A DNA stretch of 64,000 bases from Candidatus Sulfotelmatobacter sp. (GCA_049675725.1 JBAUAN010000218.1:1806-65805), one strand, 5' to 3'; shown: positions 45,304-57,942, counted from the stretch's first letter. The notes: a model not told the origin generated them from the sequence alone. A program made the numbers and translations.

Positions 45304-48300
45304 ATGAGGATGTCGACGATGACGCGTCTCAACTCGAAAAAGACCGGACTCCCGGCCGCGCAAGGTCTCTACGACCCGGCGCACGAGCATGACGCGTGCG
45401 GCATTGGATTTGTAGCCAGCATTCGCGGCGAGAAAAGCCACGAAATTATCCGCAAGGGAATCGAAGTACTTGTCAACCTGACCCATCGCGGAGCGTGCGG
45501 TTGCGACCCGGAAACAGGGGATGGCGCCGGCGTCCTGATTCAGATTCCTCACAAGTTCTTTGCCCGGGAATGCGGGAAGCTGGGATTTCAATTGCCCGAG
45601 CCGGGCTCCTATGGCGTGGGGATGACTTTTCTCCCGGTCGAGAAGCACGAACGGCTGCAGTGCGAAGGGATTCTCGAACGCATTGTGCGGGAGGAAGGCC
45701 TCACCGTATTGGGATGGCGCGACACGCCTACCTACGCGTCGGCGATTGGTCGCGTGGCCAGGGCTTCCCAGCCTTATATCCAGCAGGTTTTTGTGGGCCG
45801 CGGCGAAGGCATGGACATGAGCGAAGATGCTTTCGAGCGGAAGCTATATGTGGTGCGGAAACGGGCTGAGACGGAAGTGGCGCAGTCGGAGATTGCCGAC
45901 GCGGAGGTTTTCTACATCCCATCTCTTTCCGCGCGCACGATTGTCTATAAAGGATTGCTGCTGGCGCCGCAGATCACGAATTTTTATCGCGAACTTTCCG
46001 ATCCCGACGTGATGAGCGCGTTGTGCCTGGTGCACCAGCGCTTCTCGACGAATACATTTCCCAGCTGGCAGCGCGCGCATCCCTATCGCTACATCGCGCA
46101 CAACGGCGAGATCAATACTCTCCGCGGGAACGTGAACTGGATGTGGGCGCGGCAGTCGCTTCTGAAGTCGCCTTTGTTCGGCGACGACCTCAAGAAAGTG
46201 TTTCCGGTGATTTCGCCGGACGGCAGCGATTCCGCGAATTTCGACAACGCGGTCGAGCTTCTTCTGCAGGCTGGGCGCAGTTTGCCGCATGTGATGGCCA
46301 TGCTGATTCCGGAGGCCTGGGCGGGCAATCCGCACATGAAGCCGGAGAAGCGCGCGTTCTACGAGTATCACGCCTCGTTGATGGAACCCTGGGACGGTCC
46401 TGCGGCCATCGCGTTTACCGACGGGCGCGTGATCGGCGCCACGCTCGATCGTAACGGCCTTCGGCCCGGTCGCTACGTAGTGACCAACGATGGGCTGGTG
46501 GTGATGGCGTCGGAGGCGGGCGTGCTCGACGTGGCTCCGGAAGATGTGCAGCGCAAGGGACGGCTGCAGCCGGGAAAGATGTTTCTGGTCGACACGGTTG
46601 AAGGCCGCATCGTTTCCGATAAAGAGATCAAGCGTGAACTGGCTTCGCGGCAACCCTATGCGCAGTGGCTTAAGGACAACCAGGTAACCATCGACCAGTT
46701 GCCCGAGCCTTCGCGCATGCATTATTCCGATCCCGAAACCCTGTTGCGGCGGCAGCGCGCTTTCGGCTACAGCGATGAAGACCTCAAGATGATTCTGGGG
46801 CCAATGGCTTCGAGCGGAGAAGAGCCGGTGGGCTCGATGGGGACGGATACGCCGCTCGCGTGTCTCTCGGATAAGCCGCAGTCGTTGTTCAGCTATTTCA
46901 AGCAGCTTTTCGCCCAGGTCACCAATCCGCCCATCGATCCCATTCGCGAAGAGACGGTGATGTCGCTGTTCAGCTACATCGGCAGCGAGCGCAACGTTCT
47001 TGACGAGCAGCCGGAAAACTGCCACATGCTGAAGCTGGCGCATCCGCTGCTCACGAATCGTGAGTTGGAAAAGCTGCGCCGCGTTTCGACCCGCGATCTG
47101 CTGGCGATCACGCTGCCGGCGCTGTTCCGCGCGGCTGAAGGAGAAATCGGACTGAAGCGCGCGCTCGATGAGCTTTGCCAGCGAGCATCTTTAGCTGTGA
47201 AGGCTGGATACACGCTGCTGATTCTTTCCGATCGCGGCGTTGACAAAGACTATGCGCCCATTCCGAGTTTGCTGGCGCTGGCGGCGGTGCACAATCTGCT
47301 GGTGCGTGAGGAGACGCGCACGCAGGCGGCTCTGATCACGGAGTCGGGCGAACCGCGCGAAGTCATGCACTTCGCACTGCTCAGCGGATACGGCGCGAGC
47401 GCCATCAATCCTTATCTCGCGCTCGAGAGCGTTGAGAACCTGGCGTGGCGCGGAGAATTACCGGGCGACGTTACCTCCGAGATAGCCGTTAATCATTTCT
47501 TCAAGGCCGTCAAGAAGGGCTTGCTCAAGACATTCTCCAAGATGGGGATCTCCACTCTGCAGAGCTACCAGGGCGCGCAGGTTTTCGAAGCGATTGGATT
47601 AAACAAAGACTTGGTGGACGCCTACTTCGCAGGTACGACCTCGCGGCTGGAAGGCATCGGCCTGAGCGTGCTGGCGAAGGAAGCGCAGATGAAGCATGAG
47701 CATGCTTACCGTCCGCTTACGGAATCCGAGACCGAGCTTGCCGTTGGAGGCAGCTATCACCAACGCGTGGGCGGCGAGTATCACCTGGTGAACCCCCTCA
47801 CCATCAGCAAACTCCAGCAGGCAGTGCGGGAAAATAGCTTTAAGACATTCCAGGAATATACCGAGCTCATCGACAAGCAGAGCGCGAACCTGGCTACTCT
47901 GCGCAGCTTGATGAAGTTGAAGGAGAGCGACAAGCCGGTGCCGCTTGACGACGTCGAGCCGGCGAAGGAAATCGTGAAGCGTTTCACCACCGGCGCCATG
48001 TCGTTCGGCTCGATCAGCAAGGAAGCGCACGAGACGCTGGCCATCGCCATGAACCGGATCGGCGGAAAATCCAACACCGGCGAGGGCGGGGAAGACGAGG
48101 AACGCTTCAAGCGCGATGCCAGCGGAGACCTGCGGCGTAGTGCGGTGAAGCAAGTCGCTTCCGCGCGTTTCGGCGTGACTGCGAACTACCTTGTGAATGC
48201 CGACGAACTGCAGATCAAGATGGCGCAGGGCGCGAAACCCGGCGAGGGCGGCCAGCTTCCGGGGCACAAAGTAGACGATGTGATCGCGCGCATCCGGCAC

Positions 48301-49947
48301 TCGATTCCGGGCGTGGGCCTGATTTCGCCGCCGCCGCATCACGATATTTACTCGATCGAAGATCTCGCCCAGCTGATTTACGACTTGAAAAATGTGAACC
48401 CGCAAGCCCGCATCGCCGTGAAGTTGGTCGCCGAAGTTGGAGTGGGCACCGTCGCGGCGGGAGTGGCAAAAGCCCACGCCGACGTAGTCTTGATCAGCGG
48501 AGACAGCGGCGGCACCGGGGCGTCGCCTCTGAGTTCGATCAAACATGCCGGCATTCCGTGGGAACTCGGCCTGGCCGAAACGCAACAGGTGCTGCTGCTC
48601 AACGATCTGCGCAGCCGCATCCGCGTGCAAACGGATGGCAAACTGCAGACCGGGCGCGACGTGGTTGTTGCAGCGCTGCTGGGCGCGGAAGAATTTGGGT
48701 TTGCTACGACGCCGCTGATCGCCATGGGCTGCGTCATGATGCGGAAGTGTCATCTGAATACCTGCTCTGTGGGAATCGCGACGCAGGATCCAGAACTGCG
48801 CAAGCTGTTCAAAGGACAGCCCGAGCATGTGATCAACTTTTTTTTCTTCATCGCCGAGCAGGTTCGCCAATACATGGCGCAGCTGGGCTTCCGCACCGTG
48901 GACGAAATGGTCGGCCGCGTCGACATGCTGGAAGTTGAGCCCGCGGTCGATCACTGGAAAGCGCGAGGCCTGGATTTTTCGGCCATTCTCTACAACCCGC
49001 CGGTTCCCGGTCGCGTGGCGCGGCGCTGCGTGCAGGCGCAGGATCACGGGTTGCAGCAGGCTCTGGATTACAAAATCCTCGAAGAAGCGCGCGACGCCAT
49101 CGAGAGTCTCACTCCCGTAGCGATCGATCTGCCGGTGCGCAACGTGCATCGCTCGGTGGGCACGATGTTGAGCGGCGAGATCGCGCGGCGTCATGGATCT
49201 GTCGGCTTGCCCGACGACACGATCAAGATCCAGCTCACCGGTTCAGCCGGGCAGAGTCTGGGCGCTTTCCTATCGAAGGGCGTCACGCTCACGCTCGAAG
49301 GCGAGGCGAACGACTACATCGGCAAGGGCCTGTCGGGCGGGCGCGTCGTGGTGTACCCCCCGCGAAAGTCGCGCTTCGCTCCGGAAGAAAATATTCTGAT
49401 TGGCAACGTGGCCCTCTATGGCGCCACCAGCGGCGAAGCATTTTTCAACGGCATGGCCGGCGAGCGCTTCGCCGTGCGTAACTCCGGCGCCACGGCAGTG
49501 GTGGAAGGCGTGGGCGATCACGGTTGCGAATACATGACGAAAGGCCTGGTACTTGTGCTAGGCGCATGCGGCCGCAACTTCGCCGCAGGCATGAGCGGCG
49601 GCATGGCTTACGTTTTAGACGAACGCCGCGACTTCACCGAGAAGCGCTGCAATCTCGGCTCGGTCGATCTGGAACCGGTCATCGAAGCGCAGGACGCACA
49701 AATTGTGAGAGATCTTGTCACTCGTCACTCCGACCTCACGAACAGCCCACGCGCCAAATGGATTCTGGAAAATTGGTACGAAGTTCTGCCTCGGTTCATC
49801 AAAGTATTCCCGCACGAATTCAAACGCGTGCTCGGCGTCAGCCGCAACCGCGCGCCGTATATCCCGGTTGAGCCCATCGCCGTCCTCGCGGGCGCCGGGC
49901 AAGGGCAACATGGGCAGGTGGAGCATCAGCAGGTGCAGCATGGGTAA
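45304..49947 (+). CDS. gltB: Glutamate synthase large subunit
   Basis: 1547 aa. Ntn amidotransferase Cys in [10 protein letters not shown], central and FMN domains ([28 protein letters not shown]), and a C-terminal GXGXG domain ([11 protein letters not shown]). Confidence 0.97.
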   Translation: MRMSTMTRLNSKKTGLPAAQGLYDPAHEHDACGIGFVASIRGEKSHEIIRKGIEVLVNLTHRGACGCDPETGDGAGVLIQIPHKFFARECGKLGFQLPEPGSYGVGMTFLPVEKHERLQCEGILERIVREEGLTVLGWRDTPTYASAIGRVARASQPYIQQVFVGRGEGMDMSEDAFERKLYVVRKRAETEVAQSEIADAEVFYIPSLSARTIVYKGLLLAPQITNFYRELSDPDVMSALCLVHQRFSTNTFPSWQRAHPYRYIAHNGEINTLRGNVNWMWARQSLLKSPLFGDDLKKVFPVISPDGSDSANFDNAVELLLQAGRSLPHVMAMLIPEAWAGNPHMKPEKRAFYEYHASLMEPWDGPAAIAFTDGRVIGATLDRNGLRPGRYVVTNDGLVVMASEAGVLDVAPEDVQRKGRLQPGKMFLVDTVEGRIVSDKEIKRELASRQPYAQWLKDNQVTIDQLPEPSRMHYSDPETLLRRQRAFGYSDEDLKMILGPMASSGEEPVGSMGTDTPLACLSDKPQSLFSYFKQLFAQVTNPPIDPIREETVMSLFSYIGSERNVLDEQPENCHMLKLAHPLLTNRELEKLRRVSTRDLLAITLPALFRAAEGEIGLKRALDELCQRASLAVKAGYTLLILSDRGVDKDYAPIPSLLALAAVHNLLVREETRTQAALITESGEPREVMHFALLSGYGASAINPYLALESVENLAWRGELPGDVTSEIAVNHFFKAVKKGLLKTFSKMGISTLQSYQGAQVFEAIGLNKDLVDAYFAGTTSRLEGIGLSVLAKEAQMKHEHAYRPLTESETELAVGGSYHQRVGGEYHLVNPLTISKLQQAVRENSFKTFQEYTELIDKQSANLATLRSLMKLKESDKPVPLDDVEPAKEIVKRFTTGAMSFGSISKEAHETLAIAMNRIGGKSNTGEGGEDEERFKRDASGDLRRSAVKQVASARFGVTANYLVNADELQIKMAQGAKPGEGGQLPGHKVDDVIARIRHSIPGVGLISPPPHHDIYSIEDLAQLIYDLKNVNPQARIAVKLVAEVGVGTVAAGVAKAHADVVLISGDSGGTGASPLSSIKHAGIPWELGLAETQQVLLLNDLRSRIRVQTDGKLQTGRDVVVAALLGAEEFGFATTPLIAMGCVMMRKCHLNTCSVGIATQDPELRKLFKGQPEHVINFFFFIAEQVRQYMAQLGFRTVDEMVGRVDMLEVEPAVDHWKARGLDFSAILYNPPVPGRVARRCVQAQDHGLQQALDYKILEEARDAIESLTPVAIDLPVRNVHRSVGTMLSGEIARRHGSVGLPDDTIKIQLTGSAGQSLGAFLSKGVTLTLEGEANDYIGKGLSGGRVVVYPPRKSRFAPEENILIGNVALYGATSGEAFFNGMAGERFAVRNSGATAVVEGVGDHGCEYMTKGLVLVLGACGRNFAAGMSGGMAYVLDERRDFTEKRCNLGSVDLEPVIEAQDAQIVRDLVTRHSDLTNSPRAKWILENWYEVLPRFIKVFPHEFKRVLGVSRNRAPYIPVEPIAVLAGAGQGQHGQVEHQQVQHG

Positions 49948-51400
49948 GACCACCGGCTTCATGGAATATTCGCGCGAACTCGCGCCGCGCCGGCCCGTGA
50001 CCCAGCGCGTCAACGACTGGTTTGAAATTTACCTCGATCTTCCCGAAGAAAAGTTGCAGAGCCAGGGCGCGCGCTGCATGGATTGCGGCGTCCCGTTTTG
50101 CCAGACCGGCTGCCCGGTGAGCAATCTCATTCCCGACTGGAATGATCTGGTCTTTCGCGGGCGCTGGAAAGAAGCGGTTCGCCAGCTCCACGCCACGAAT
50201 AATTTTCCCGAATTCACAGGCCGCATCTGCCCCGCGCCGTGCGAGGCTTCGTGCGTGCTCGGCATCAATCAGCCGCCGGTGACCATCAAGCAGAACGAAA
50301 AACATATTGTGGAGCGTGGGTTCGAAGAAGGATGGATTCATCCCGAGCCGCCGAAAGTACGGACAGGGAAAAGAGTTGCGATCGTGGGATCGGGGCCGGC
50401 CGGACTGGCCGCGGCGCAACAGCTTTGCCGCGCAGGCCACGCAGTTGTGGTCTACGAAAAAGCGGATCGCATCGGCGGATTGCTGCGCTACGGCATTCCG
50501 GAGTTCAAGCTGGAAAAGCACGTCATCGATCGCCGCCTGCAGCAAATGTCGGCCGAGGGCGTGAAGTTTGTAACCAACACGGAAGTAGGCAAGACTATTT
50601 CGGTCGACGAACTGCGAAATAGCTTTGACGCGATCGTGCTGGCCGGCGGCGCGGAACAGCCACGCGATTTGAGAGTTCCCGGGCGCGAGTTCAACGGAAT
50701 CCACTACGCGATGGAATTCCTGCCGCAGCAGAACCGTCGCTGCCATGGCGACACCATCGACCCAGACTTAGAAATTCTTGCCACCGGCAAACGCGTCGTC
50801 ATTATTGGCGGCGGCGACACGGGAGCCGATTGCCTCGGAACGGTCCACCGGCAAAAACCGATTTCCGTGCATCAATTTGAAATCATGCCCAAGCCGCCAG
50901 ACGAGCGTTCGCCATTGACGCCCTGGCCGCTGTGGCCAATGCACCTGCGCATTGAAGGCGCGCATGAAGAAGGCGGCGTGCGCGACTGGAGCATCGCCAC
51001 CACAAAATTTACAGGCTCGGCCGATGGCAGTGTGCAGCAGTTGCACGGAGTGCGCGTTGGTCCCGGGCCCAAGTTCGAGCCGATCGCCGGCACTGAGTTC
51101 GCAATGGACGCGGACCTGGTGCTGATCGCCATGGGCTTTCTCGGCCCGGTGCGCAACGGAATGATCGAACAACTCGGCGTCGACCTGGACCCGCGCGGCA
51201 ACGTGGCGACCGATGCCAACTACATGTCGTCAGTGCCCGGCCTGTTTGCGGCTGGAGATATGCGTCGTGGGCAATCGCTGGTAGTCTGGGCAATTTCCGA
51301 GGGCCGCAAAGCCGCGGCGGGTGTCGACAAATATCTCCGCGCTACCACGGCCGTGCGACTCGCTCCTACATTGGTGGCTGCGGCGCAACAGATCGCATAA
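49940..51400 (+). CDS. gltD: Glutamate synthase small subunit (NADPH)
   Basis: [13 protein letters not shown]..., Fe-S cysteines [15 protein letters not shown], and dinucleotide folds [14 protein letters not shown] and [16 protein letters not shown] 49940 overlaps the gltB stop (ATGGGTAA). The track ORF start at 49715 is an in-frame read-through of the gltB 3' end. Confidence 0.95.
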   Translation: MGKTTGFMEYSRELAPRRPVTQRVNDWFEIYLDLPEEKLQSQGARCMDCGVPFCQTGCPVSNLIPDWNDLVFRGRWKEAVRQLHATNNFPEFTGRICPAPCEASCVLGINQPPVTIKQNEKHIVERGFEEGWIHPEPPKVRTGKRVAIVGSGPAGLAAAQQLCRAGHAVVVYEKADRIGGLLRYGIPEFKLEKHVIDRRLQQMSAEGVKFVTNTEVGKTISVDELRNSFDAIVLAGGAEQPRDLRVPGREFNGIHYAMEFLPQQNRRCHGDTIDPDLEILATGKRVVIIGGGDTGADCLGTVHRQKPISVHQFEIMPKPPDERSPLTPWPLWPMHLRIEGAHEEGGVRDWSIATTKFTGSADGSVQQLHGVRVGPGPKFEPIAGTEFAMDADLVLIAMGFLGPVRNGMIEQLGVDLDPRGNVATDANYMSSVPGLFAAGDMRRGQSLVVWAISEGRKAAAGVDKYLRATTAVRLAPTLVAAAQQIA

Positions 51401-51480
51401 TGAGTTGCAACTGTCGTGACTACTTCAAAGTTGGCCGATGCAAACTCGCGTCGCCAAGGTAAGATGACTGCTCAACCCTC

Positions 51481-52689
51481 ATGATTGGGCTTCCAGACAT
51501 TCAGACTGCCCGCGAACGTATCCGCAACGCCATTCGCGTTTCTCCATGCACCTATTCGGAAGCCTTTTCCGACCTCACCAATAATTCCATTTTTCTGAAG
51601 CTCGATAATCAGCAGCGCACCGGCGCGTTCAAGGAGCGCGGCGCGTTGAACAAACTTCTCACTCTCACTGCCGAGGAACGAGCACGGGGAGTGATCGCGG
51701 CTTCCGCCGGAAACCACGCGCAGGGAGTGGCCTACCACGCGGGCCGCCACGGAATCCACGCGCGCATCGTAATGCCGCTGCCCACGCCCCTCACCAAGGT
51801 TTCTTCTACGCGCGCGTACGGTGCTGATGTCGTGTTGCATGGCGCGAACTACGATGAAGCGTACGAAAAAGCAGTCGAGCAAAGCCGCGCAGAAGGACTC
51901 ACGCTGGTTCACGCATTTGACGACGACACCGTAATCGCAGGGCAGGGAACATTGGGCCTGGAAATCCTCGAGCAGCATCCGGATGTTGAGACTGTCGTGG
52001 TTCCCATTGGCGGCGGCGGCCTGATCGGGGGGATTGCGTGCGCGGTCAAGGAAACAAATCCCGCCGTCACCGTCTATGGAGTTCAGCCGGCGAAAATCGC
52101 TTCCATGAAAGCTGCGGTGCGCGAGGGCAAACCCGTGACCTTGGCTGCGGCGGCAACCATCGCCGATGGCATCGCGGTGCGGCGCGCGGGGGAGCGAACG
52201 CTGCCCATGGTGCAGAAATATGTCGACGACATTGTCACCGTCGAAGAAGAAGAGATAGCAAACGCAATCCTCTTGCTGTTGGAGCGCGAAAAAACTTTAG
52301 CCGAAGGCGCCGGAGCAGCCGCCATCGCCGCGATGCTGAATCGCAAACTCTCGCTCGCCAACAAGCGCGTAGCGGTCCTGGTATGCGGCGGCAATATCGA
52401 CGTCACGCTGCTCTCGCGCATCATCGAGCGCGGCCTGGTAAAAGATGGCCGCCTGGTGCGCCTCCGCGTCCACCTTCCCGACTATCCCGGCGCGCTGCAT
52501 CGCCTGACCGGAATTCTCGCCGAGCACCGCGCCAACATCGTCGAGACTTCCTACGACCGTGCCTACCACAACGTCAACCTCGGAGACACGGCCATCGACA
52601 TCACCATGGAAACGCGCGGCCCCGACCACATCGCCGAGCTGATCGCCGCGCTGGTCGCCGCTGGTTACGCGCACGAAAGAATTCTGTAG
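51481..52689 (+). CDS. ilvA: Threonine ammonia-lyase (threonine dehydratase, short form with one ACT-like domain)
   Basis: PLP-lysine motif QRTGAFKERGA, glycine loop PIGGGGLIGGIA, and a C-terminal regulatory domain of about 80 aa. 402 aa. Confidence 0.9.
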   Translation: MIGLPDIQTARERIRNAIRVSPCTYSEAFSDLTNNSIFLKLDNQQRTGAFKERGALNKLLTLTAEERARGVIAASAGNHAQGVAYHAGRHGIHARIVMPLPTPLTKVSSTRAYGADVVLHGANYDEAYEKAVEQSRAEGLTLVHAFDDDTVIAGQGTLGLEILEQHPDVETVVVPIGGGGLIGGIACAVKETNPAVTVYGVQPAKIASMKAAVREGKPVTLAAAATIADGIAVRRAGERTLPMVQKYVDDIVTVEEEEIANAILLLLEREKTLAEGAGAAAIAAMLNRKLSLANKRVAVLVCGGNIDVTLLSRIIERGLVKDGRLVRLRVHLPDYPGALHRLTGILAEHRANIVETSYDRAYHNVNLGDTAIDITMETRGPDHIAELIAALVAAGYAHERIL

Positions 52690-52814
52690 CCCCGCGGCGG
52701 ATTTGCAAGACATATGCCACCGAATTTATGCGATTATCCGCATCACAATCTCCAGCAGTACAATAGCCCGTAAATCAGCCCGTAAATTACAACCTCAAAT
52801 CGCAGGGGTGACTC

Positions 52815-53270
52815 ATGGTTCATCTCAAAGTAAACGGAGTGGAACGCGCGTTCGAAGGCGACCCCGAGATGCCGCTTCTGTGGTACGTGCGCGACATCCT
52901 CGGACTCACAGGGACGAAGTTCGGCTGCGGCATGGCGCTCTGCGGTGCTTGCACAGTCCTGATGAACGGGAAAGCGGTTCGGTCCTGCAGCAAGCAGATG
53001 AGCACGCTGGCGGGCGCCGAAATCACAACCATCGAGGAAATCTCCGCCCACGGTCCGCACGCGGTGCAAGCGGCGTGGGTTGACGTCAACGTGCCGCAAT
53101 GTGGCTATTGCCAGCCCGGCCAGATCATGCAGGCCGTCTCGTTGCTGAAAACCAAGCCCACGGTCACCGACGATGACATCGACACGGTGATGTCCGGAAA
53201 CATTTGCCGCTGTGGCACCTACCAGCGCATCCGCGCGGCCATCAAACAAGCCGCGAAGGAGATGGCATGA
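52815..53270 (+). CDS. (2Fe-2S)-binding small subunit of a molybdopterin oxidoreductase (IorA/aldehyde dehydrogenase type)
   Basis: 151 aa with two cluster motifs, [11 protein letters not shown] and [10 protein letters not shown]...CRCGTY. Confidence 0.93.
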   Translation: MVHLKVNGVERAFEGDPEMPLLWYVRDILGLTGTKFGCGMALCGACTVLMNGKAVRSCSKQMSTLAGAEITTIEEISAHGPHAVQAAWVDVNVPQCGYCQPGQIMQAVSLLKTKPTVTDDDIDTVMSGNICRCGTYQRIRAAIKQAAKEMA

Positions 53271-55630
53271 TTACCGATCAGAAGACTACCGGTCAGAAGA
53301 TTACCGATCAGAAGACTACCGATGAGAAGACCATTGAGATCTCGGCCGCTAAAACGACGCTGCTCGGAAGCCTGACGATTGAAAACGTCAGCCGCCGCGG
53401 TTTCCTGCAGGGAATGTTCTCGGCCGGCGCCTTCGTCCTGTGCGCCCGCCTCGTTCCAGAACCGCTCTGGGCGGACGTGAAAGTTGTAAGTGAGATCGAC
53501 GCGGCGGCCTTTCATCCCAGCTTGTGGGTCGGGATTCAGACCGACGGCCTGGTCTACATTGTCGCGCACCGCTCGGAGATGGGAAACGGCGTGCGCACCA
53601 GCCTGCCGCGAATCCTGGCCGATGAACTGGATGCCGACTGGGCGCGTGTCCATGTAGTCCAGGGCGACGGCAATGAGGCCTATGGCTCGCAGGATACGGA
53701 TGGTTCTCACTCCGTGCGTGAATTCTTTGACGTGTTGCGCGAAGCTGGCGCGACCGCGCGTCTCATGCTCGTCCGCGCCGCTGCGCAGCAGTGGGGAGTG
53801 CCGGAATCGCAATGCGTGGCCGATCCAGTGCATATCGTCTCCGACCTGAATTCCAGCCGCAAGCTCGGTTACGGCGAGCTCGCATCGCTCGCCGCGAAGC
53901 TCCCCGTGCCCAAGAAAGAAGAAGTCAAGCTGAAATCTCCCGACGCCTGGCGCTACATCGGAAAACCGGCCAAGGGCCTGGATGCCCCGGATGTGTGCGC
54001 CGGCAAAGCAATATTCGGCATGGACGTTCGCATCGATGGCATGCTCTACGCGGCCGTCGCTCGGCCTCCGGTCCTCGGCGGCAAAGTCAAATCACTCGAC
54101 GACAAAGCAGCTCTGCAAGTGATCGGCGTAAAGAAAACCATCGCCATCGATCCTTTCACTCCGCCCCACGCCGCGCAACCGCTGGGCGGCGTCGCGGTGA
54201 TCGCCGACAATACCTGGGCGGCCTTCAAGGGACGCAACAAACTGCAAATCGCCTGGGAGAATGGCAGTCACGGCGTCTACAACTCCGCCACCTATAAGAA
54301 AGACTTGCAGGAAACCGCGCGCCAGCCAGGCAAAGTGGTGCAACAAGTCGGCGACGTGGATGCCGAATTTTCCAAGGGCGGCAAGATCGTGGAAGCGGAA
54401 TATTACGCGCCTCACCTCGCGCACGCCAGCATGGAGCCGCCCGTCGCCGTAGCGGATGTGCGGGGAGATGTGCGGGGCGATAAAGTCACCGTCTGGTCGC
54501 CAACCCAGGATCCGCAGGGCGTTCAGGAGCAAGTAGCGAAAGCCCTGCGCATAAAAAAAGAAGACGTGGTCTGTCACGTCACGTTCCTCGGCGGCGGCTT
54601 CGGCCGCAAATCGCTACCCGACTACGCAGTGGAAGCAGCCATTCTCTCGAAAAAAACCGGACGTCCGATGAAAGTAGTCTGGAGCCGCGAAGACGACATC
54701 AAGTTCGACTACTTCCATTCCGTCGCCGCCATGTACATGAAAGCCGCGCTCGACGACAATGGAAAGCCGAAAGCCTGGCTGCAACGATCAGTCTTCCCTC
54801 CCATCAGTTCCACCTTCGACGTGAACGCCGTCTACGGCAGTGACGGCGAAATGAGCTTAGGCTGGACCCCGTTTCCCTTCGATGTTCCGAACGTCCGCGC
54901 CGAAAACGGAAAAGCCACCGCGCACGTCCGCATCGGATGGCTCCGCTCCGTTGCCAACATCTATCACGCATTTGCCGTGCAGTCGTTCGCCAATGAACTG
55001 GCCTATGCTGCGAATCGCGATCCCTTCGACTACTTACTCGCGCTCATGGGCCCGCCCCGCATCCTCGATTCCGGCGCCAAAAATTCCAACGGCACAGCCG
55101 AGAAATATCCTTTCGACCTTGCCCGCCTCCGCCACGTAGCCGAACTCGCCGCCGAAAAATCGCAATGGGGCAAACGCAAATTCGGGAAGGGAAGTGGCAT
55201 GGGCATCGCCGTGCACCGCAGCTTTCTCACCTACGTCGCTACGGTAGTCGAAGCAGAAGTCGACAGCCAGGGCGCGGTCACCATTCCCCACGTGCACACT
55301 GTGGTCGATGCCGGAATCGTGGCCAATCCTGAAATGGTGCGCCAGCAGTTTGAAGGCGCGGCCGTTTTCGGCACCAGCATCGCGCGCACCGGAGAAATCA
55401 CCGCCACCAACGGCGCGATCGATCAATCGAATTTTTCCGATTATCCCGTCGCCCGCATGAACGAAGCTCCTTACCAGACCGACATTCACATCGTGCAAAG
55501 CACAGCCCCGCCCGCCGGAGTCGGCGAGCCCGGAGTGCCTCCGTTTATTCCAGCGCTCTGCAATGCGATTTTTGTGGCAACCGGCAAGCGGGTTCGCGAA
55601 CTGCCACTCTCACGAAACGGATTTTCGTAA
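53267..55630 (+). CDS. Molybdopterin-binding large subunit (IorB/xanthine-dehydrogenase family), Tat-exported
   Basis: ATG 53267 overlaps the upstream stop (ATGA). Twin-arginine motif SRRGFLQG, followed by a hydrophobic stretch and a Moco-binding region of about 700 aa. The N-terminus carries a tandem (ITDQKTTxxK)x2 repeat. Confidence 0.9.
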   Translation: MITDQKTTGQKITDQKTTDEKTIEISAAKTTLLGSLTIENVSRRGFLQGMFSAGAFVLCARLVPEPLWADVKVVSEIDAAAFHPSLWVGIQTDGLVYIVAHRSEMGNGVRTSLPRILADELDADWARVHVVQGDGNEAYGSQDTDGSHSVREFFDVLREAGATARLMLVRAAAQQWGVPESQCVADPVHIVSDLNSSRKLGYGELASLAAKLPVPKKEEVKLKSPDAWRYIGKPAKGLDAPDVCAGKAIFGMDVRIDGMLYAAVARPPVLGGKVKSLDDKAALQVIGVKKTIAIDPFTPPHAAQPLGGVAVIADNTWAAFKGRNKLQIAWENGSHGVYNSATYKKDLQETARQPGKVVQQVGDVDAEFSKGGKIVEAEYYAPHLAHASMEPPVAVADVRGDVRGDKVTVWSPTQDPQGVQEQVAKALRIKKEDVVCHVTFLGGGFGRKSLPDYAVEAAILSKKTGRPMKVVWSREDDIKFDYFHSVAAMYMKAALDDNGKPKAWLQRSVFPPISSTFDVNAVYGSDGEMSLGWTPFPFDVPNVRAENGKATAHVRIGWLRSVANIYHAFAVQSFANELAYAANRDPFDYLLALMGPPRILDSGAKNSNGTAEKYPFDLARLRHVAELAAEKSQWGKRKFGKGSGMGIAVHRSFLTYVATVVEAEVDSQGAVTIPHVHTVVDAGIVANPEMVRQQFEGAAVFGTSIARTGEITATNGAIDQSNFSDYPVARMNEAPYQTDIHIVQSTAPPAGVGEPGVPPFIPALCNAIFVATGKRVRELPLSRNGFS

Positions 55631-55716
55631 ACGCGAAGTCTCTTAATCGGATTCTCGTAAGAAGTCAGCTGGAGCGAAATCCCGAACGAGCGAAACGTCA
55701 TCGCGCCCGTCGACGC

Positions 55717-56412
55717 CTAGGGTTGCGACGGACTCACCGGCCCTGATCCGCCTCCAAAGCAGTGCGCCAGCCAGCAGATCAGAACGCCCGTACCAACCGC
55801 GCCGGCTACGATCAATTTAGGATTGATCGCCTTCAACGTGCTCGCGGGGTTCGGCGGCGCGCCGCACGCTTCCGATTCGCGCCGGCTGCTCTGTTCCCCT
55901 TCATGCACCGTTGTCCCGCCTGTGGCCTCCGTTGCGCTGGGCGCCTTCGCGTGATTCCCTTCTATCTCGATGCGCACGTCTTTCTTGTGAGCCGCCACTT
56001 GAATGTTTCCATTCACGTCGGTGACTTCGTATTGCGTCCATTCCGTATCGGATACCGGGATCACCGTGATGCAGTGCACCCGCACGCGCATACCCGTCGT
56101 CGTCCCAACCAGGACATTTCCGTGATCCAAAACCAGAAGATTGTCTTCAAACTTCACCACCGACTCCGGCTGGATCGAAATCGTGGAACCATCCTCGCTG
56201 AGGCTGGCCGTGAATCCCGGCTTGGTTTCCAGCAAGTCGCCGGGAAACACTGCCGACGCGTCTGCCGCCTCCATCCCGTTCACCCAAACGCCGCCCTGGC
56301 TATGCAACACCGCCGACTTGGCGTCGGCAGCCTGCAGTGACGCGGGCAGCAATACTACGAACATCCAGGTTAAAACCCGCCGCAACATAGGGACACTCAT
56401 TCCCACAAACAA
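55717..56412 (-). CDS. Hypothetical envelope protein, FecR-like beta-domain with N-terminal signal and C-terminal TM helix
   Basis: N-terminal signal (LTWMFVVLLPASLQA). The FecR-like pattern is GGVWVNG..A..SAVFPGDLLETKPGFTASLSEDGSTISIQPESVVKF. The C-terminal TM helix is LIVAGAVGTGVLICWLAHCF. The family call is tentative. Confidence 0.6.
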   Translation of the reverse strand: MFVGMSVPMLRRVLTWMFVVLLPASLQAADAKSAVLHSQGGVWVNGMEAADASAVFPGDLLETKPGFTASLSEDGSTISIQPESVVKFEDNLLVLDHGNVLVGTTTGMRVRVHCITVIPVSDTEWTQYEVTDVNGNIQVAAHKKDVRIEIEGNHAKAPSATEATGGTTVHEGEQSSRRESEACGAPPNPASTLKAINPKLIVAGAVGTGVLICWLAHCFGGGSGPVSPSQP

Positions 56413-56615
56413 ACCTACCCAGTAGAAATCGTAGCTGCGGGTGTATGAGTCGTCTATTAGCAGACTGGATTCGCCGCTCCCGGTTGCGCACGACGTGCAA
56501 CGGTTCGGTTTGGAAGCGAGAAATCGGAATAATATTTGTGAATTCTTATTCAGGTAAAACTTTGTAAATCAACAACTCAGGCGCCACTAGCGCATGTAAA
56601 TTAGTAGAGGGGCGT

Positions 56616-57935
56616 ATGAGCGAGACTAGAACATCGATCCTGAACCTGATCTCTCGGGCCGCGATTTTGTCCATTTTGTTTTTCGCGGCCGGCGCTGTGA
56701 ATTCTTCGCTTGCTGCATCACCCGCGCTGCCTGCTCCACAGGCCCAGGCGGCGCCCGCAGCTCGGCGTATCGGTGCGATCAAAGCGATCAGCGGCACTTC
56801 CATCACGCTGGCTCCGGATTCCGGTCCGGAAGTGAATGTGACCGTGCAGCCCACCACCCGCCTGCTGCGGATTGCGCCCGGAGAGAAAAATCTCAAGAAC
56901 GCAACTCCGCTGCAGCTTCAGGATCTCCAGGTCGGCGACCGTATTCTGGTCGGAGGCCAGATTTCCGACGACGCCAAGTCCCTCGCCGCCGCCACCATCG
57001 TCGTGATGGCTCGCACCGACCTTGAAGCGGCTCACCAGCAGGAACTGCAGGATTGGCAAAAGCGCGGCATGGGAGGATTGGTGAACGCCGTCGATCCGGC
57101 CGCCGGCACGGTGACCATCTCCGTCAGCACTTTGATGGGAAAGAAGTCCGTTGTGATTCACACTTCGAAAGACACGGTCATTCGCCGCTACGCTCCCGAT
57201 TCCGTGAAATTCGAGGATGCCAAAACCAGCTCGCTGCCACAGATCCAGCCCGGCGACCAGCTGCGGGCCCGCGGCGACCGCAGCGCGGATGGCACAGAAC
57301 TTACGGCAGATGAAATTGTGACCGGCGTTTTCCGCAACATCGTGGGCACCATCAATTCGGTCGACCCAAGCTCTGGCGCGGTCAGCGTTGAGGATGTGTT
57401 GAGCAAGAAAGTCGTGATGTTGAAAGTCGCCGCCACGTCGGAGCTTCACAAATTGTCGCCGGAAATGGCGCAAGGCTTTGCCATGCGGTTGAAGCGCGCG
57501 TCCGGCATCGCAGGATTGCCGCCTTCGGGTGGAGCAGGTTCGAGTGGGTCGAGTTCAGCAAGTTCAAGAGAAGCAGGCTCCGGCGCAAATCCGCCCGCAG
57601 GTGCCACCGGAAGCGCGACAGCCGGAGGCTCGGCTGCGTGGCGCGGTGGAAGCGGAGCCGGTGGAAGTGGAATGCCTGGAGGCGCGCGCCCGGCTGGAGG
57701 CTCGGATTTTCAACAGATGTTGAGCCGCACGCCGCCGGTTGCCGTCGCCGACCTGCACAAAGGTGATGCAGTGGTGATCCTGGCCACCGAGGGAACCCCC
57801 ACCACCGCCAGCACTGTGATCACGCTCGTGGGTGGCGTCGAACCCATCCTGCGAGCCGCTCCGAGCGCGAGCGATGCCATGGCGCTGGCCCCCTGGAGTC
57901 TCGGAGGCGCGCCCGCCGGTGAAGGGAACCCGTAA
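56616..57935 (+). CDS. Secreted hypothetical protein with DUF5666-like repeats and a Gly/Ser/Ala-rich tract
   Basis: Signal peptide (AILSILFFAAGAVNSSLA). Repeated units of the form GxIxxV..xxGxxTV...V.V...T (IGAIKAISGTSITLAPDSGPEVNVTV, GLVNAVDPAAGTVTISV, GTINSVDPSSGAVSVED). Low-complexity region GGAGSSGSSSASS...GGSGAGGSGMPGG. The family is tentative. Confidence 0.65.
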   Translation: MSETRTSILNLISRAAILSILFFAAGAVNSSLAASPALPAPQAQAAPAARRIGAIKAISGTSITLAPDSGPEVNVTVQPTTRLLRIAPGEKNLKNATPLQLQDLQVGDRILVGGQISDDAKSLAAATIVVMARTDLEAAHQQELQDWQKRGMGGLVNAVDPAAGTVTISVSTLMGKKSVVIHTSKDTVIRRYAPDSVKFEDAKTSSLPQIQPGDQLRARGDRSADGTELTADEIVTGVFRNIVGTINSVDPSSGAVSVEDVLSKKVVMLKVAATSELHKLSPEMAQGFAMRLKRASGIAGLPPSGGAGSSGSSSASSREAGSGANPPAGATGSATAGGSAAWRGGSGAGGSGMPGGARPAGGSDFQQMLSRTPPVAVADLHKGDAVVILATEGTPTTASTVITLVGGVEPILRAAPSASDAMALAPWSLGGAPAGEGNP

Positions 57936-57942
57936 ATCTGAT

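Noticed and set aside
27361-49194. Other long antisense ORFs (27361-28398, 30818-31969, 33073-34233, 36946-38406, 43422-44096, 44089-45015, 45844-47043, 47599-49194)
   Set aside because: Each lies inside, and opposite to, a gene with strong family motifs (GH115-like, CRTAC1, GH3, receptor, ROK, LysR, gltB). All have skewed Arg/His/Gly/Ala composition and no motifs.
49715-49939. N-terminal 75-codon extension of the gltD ORF; likewise 53204-53266 for the molybdoenzyme large subunit and 21595-21804 for the ECF sigma factor
   Set aside because: The gltD and large-subunit extensions overlap the 3' end of the preceding gene in another frame and precede start codons that give canonical N-termini ([10 protein letters not shown]..., a Tat signal). 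The sigma-factor extension has no similarity to sigma regions.
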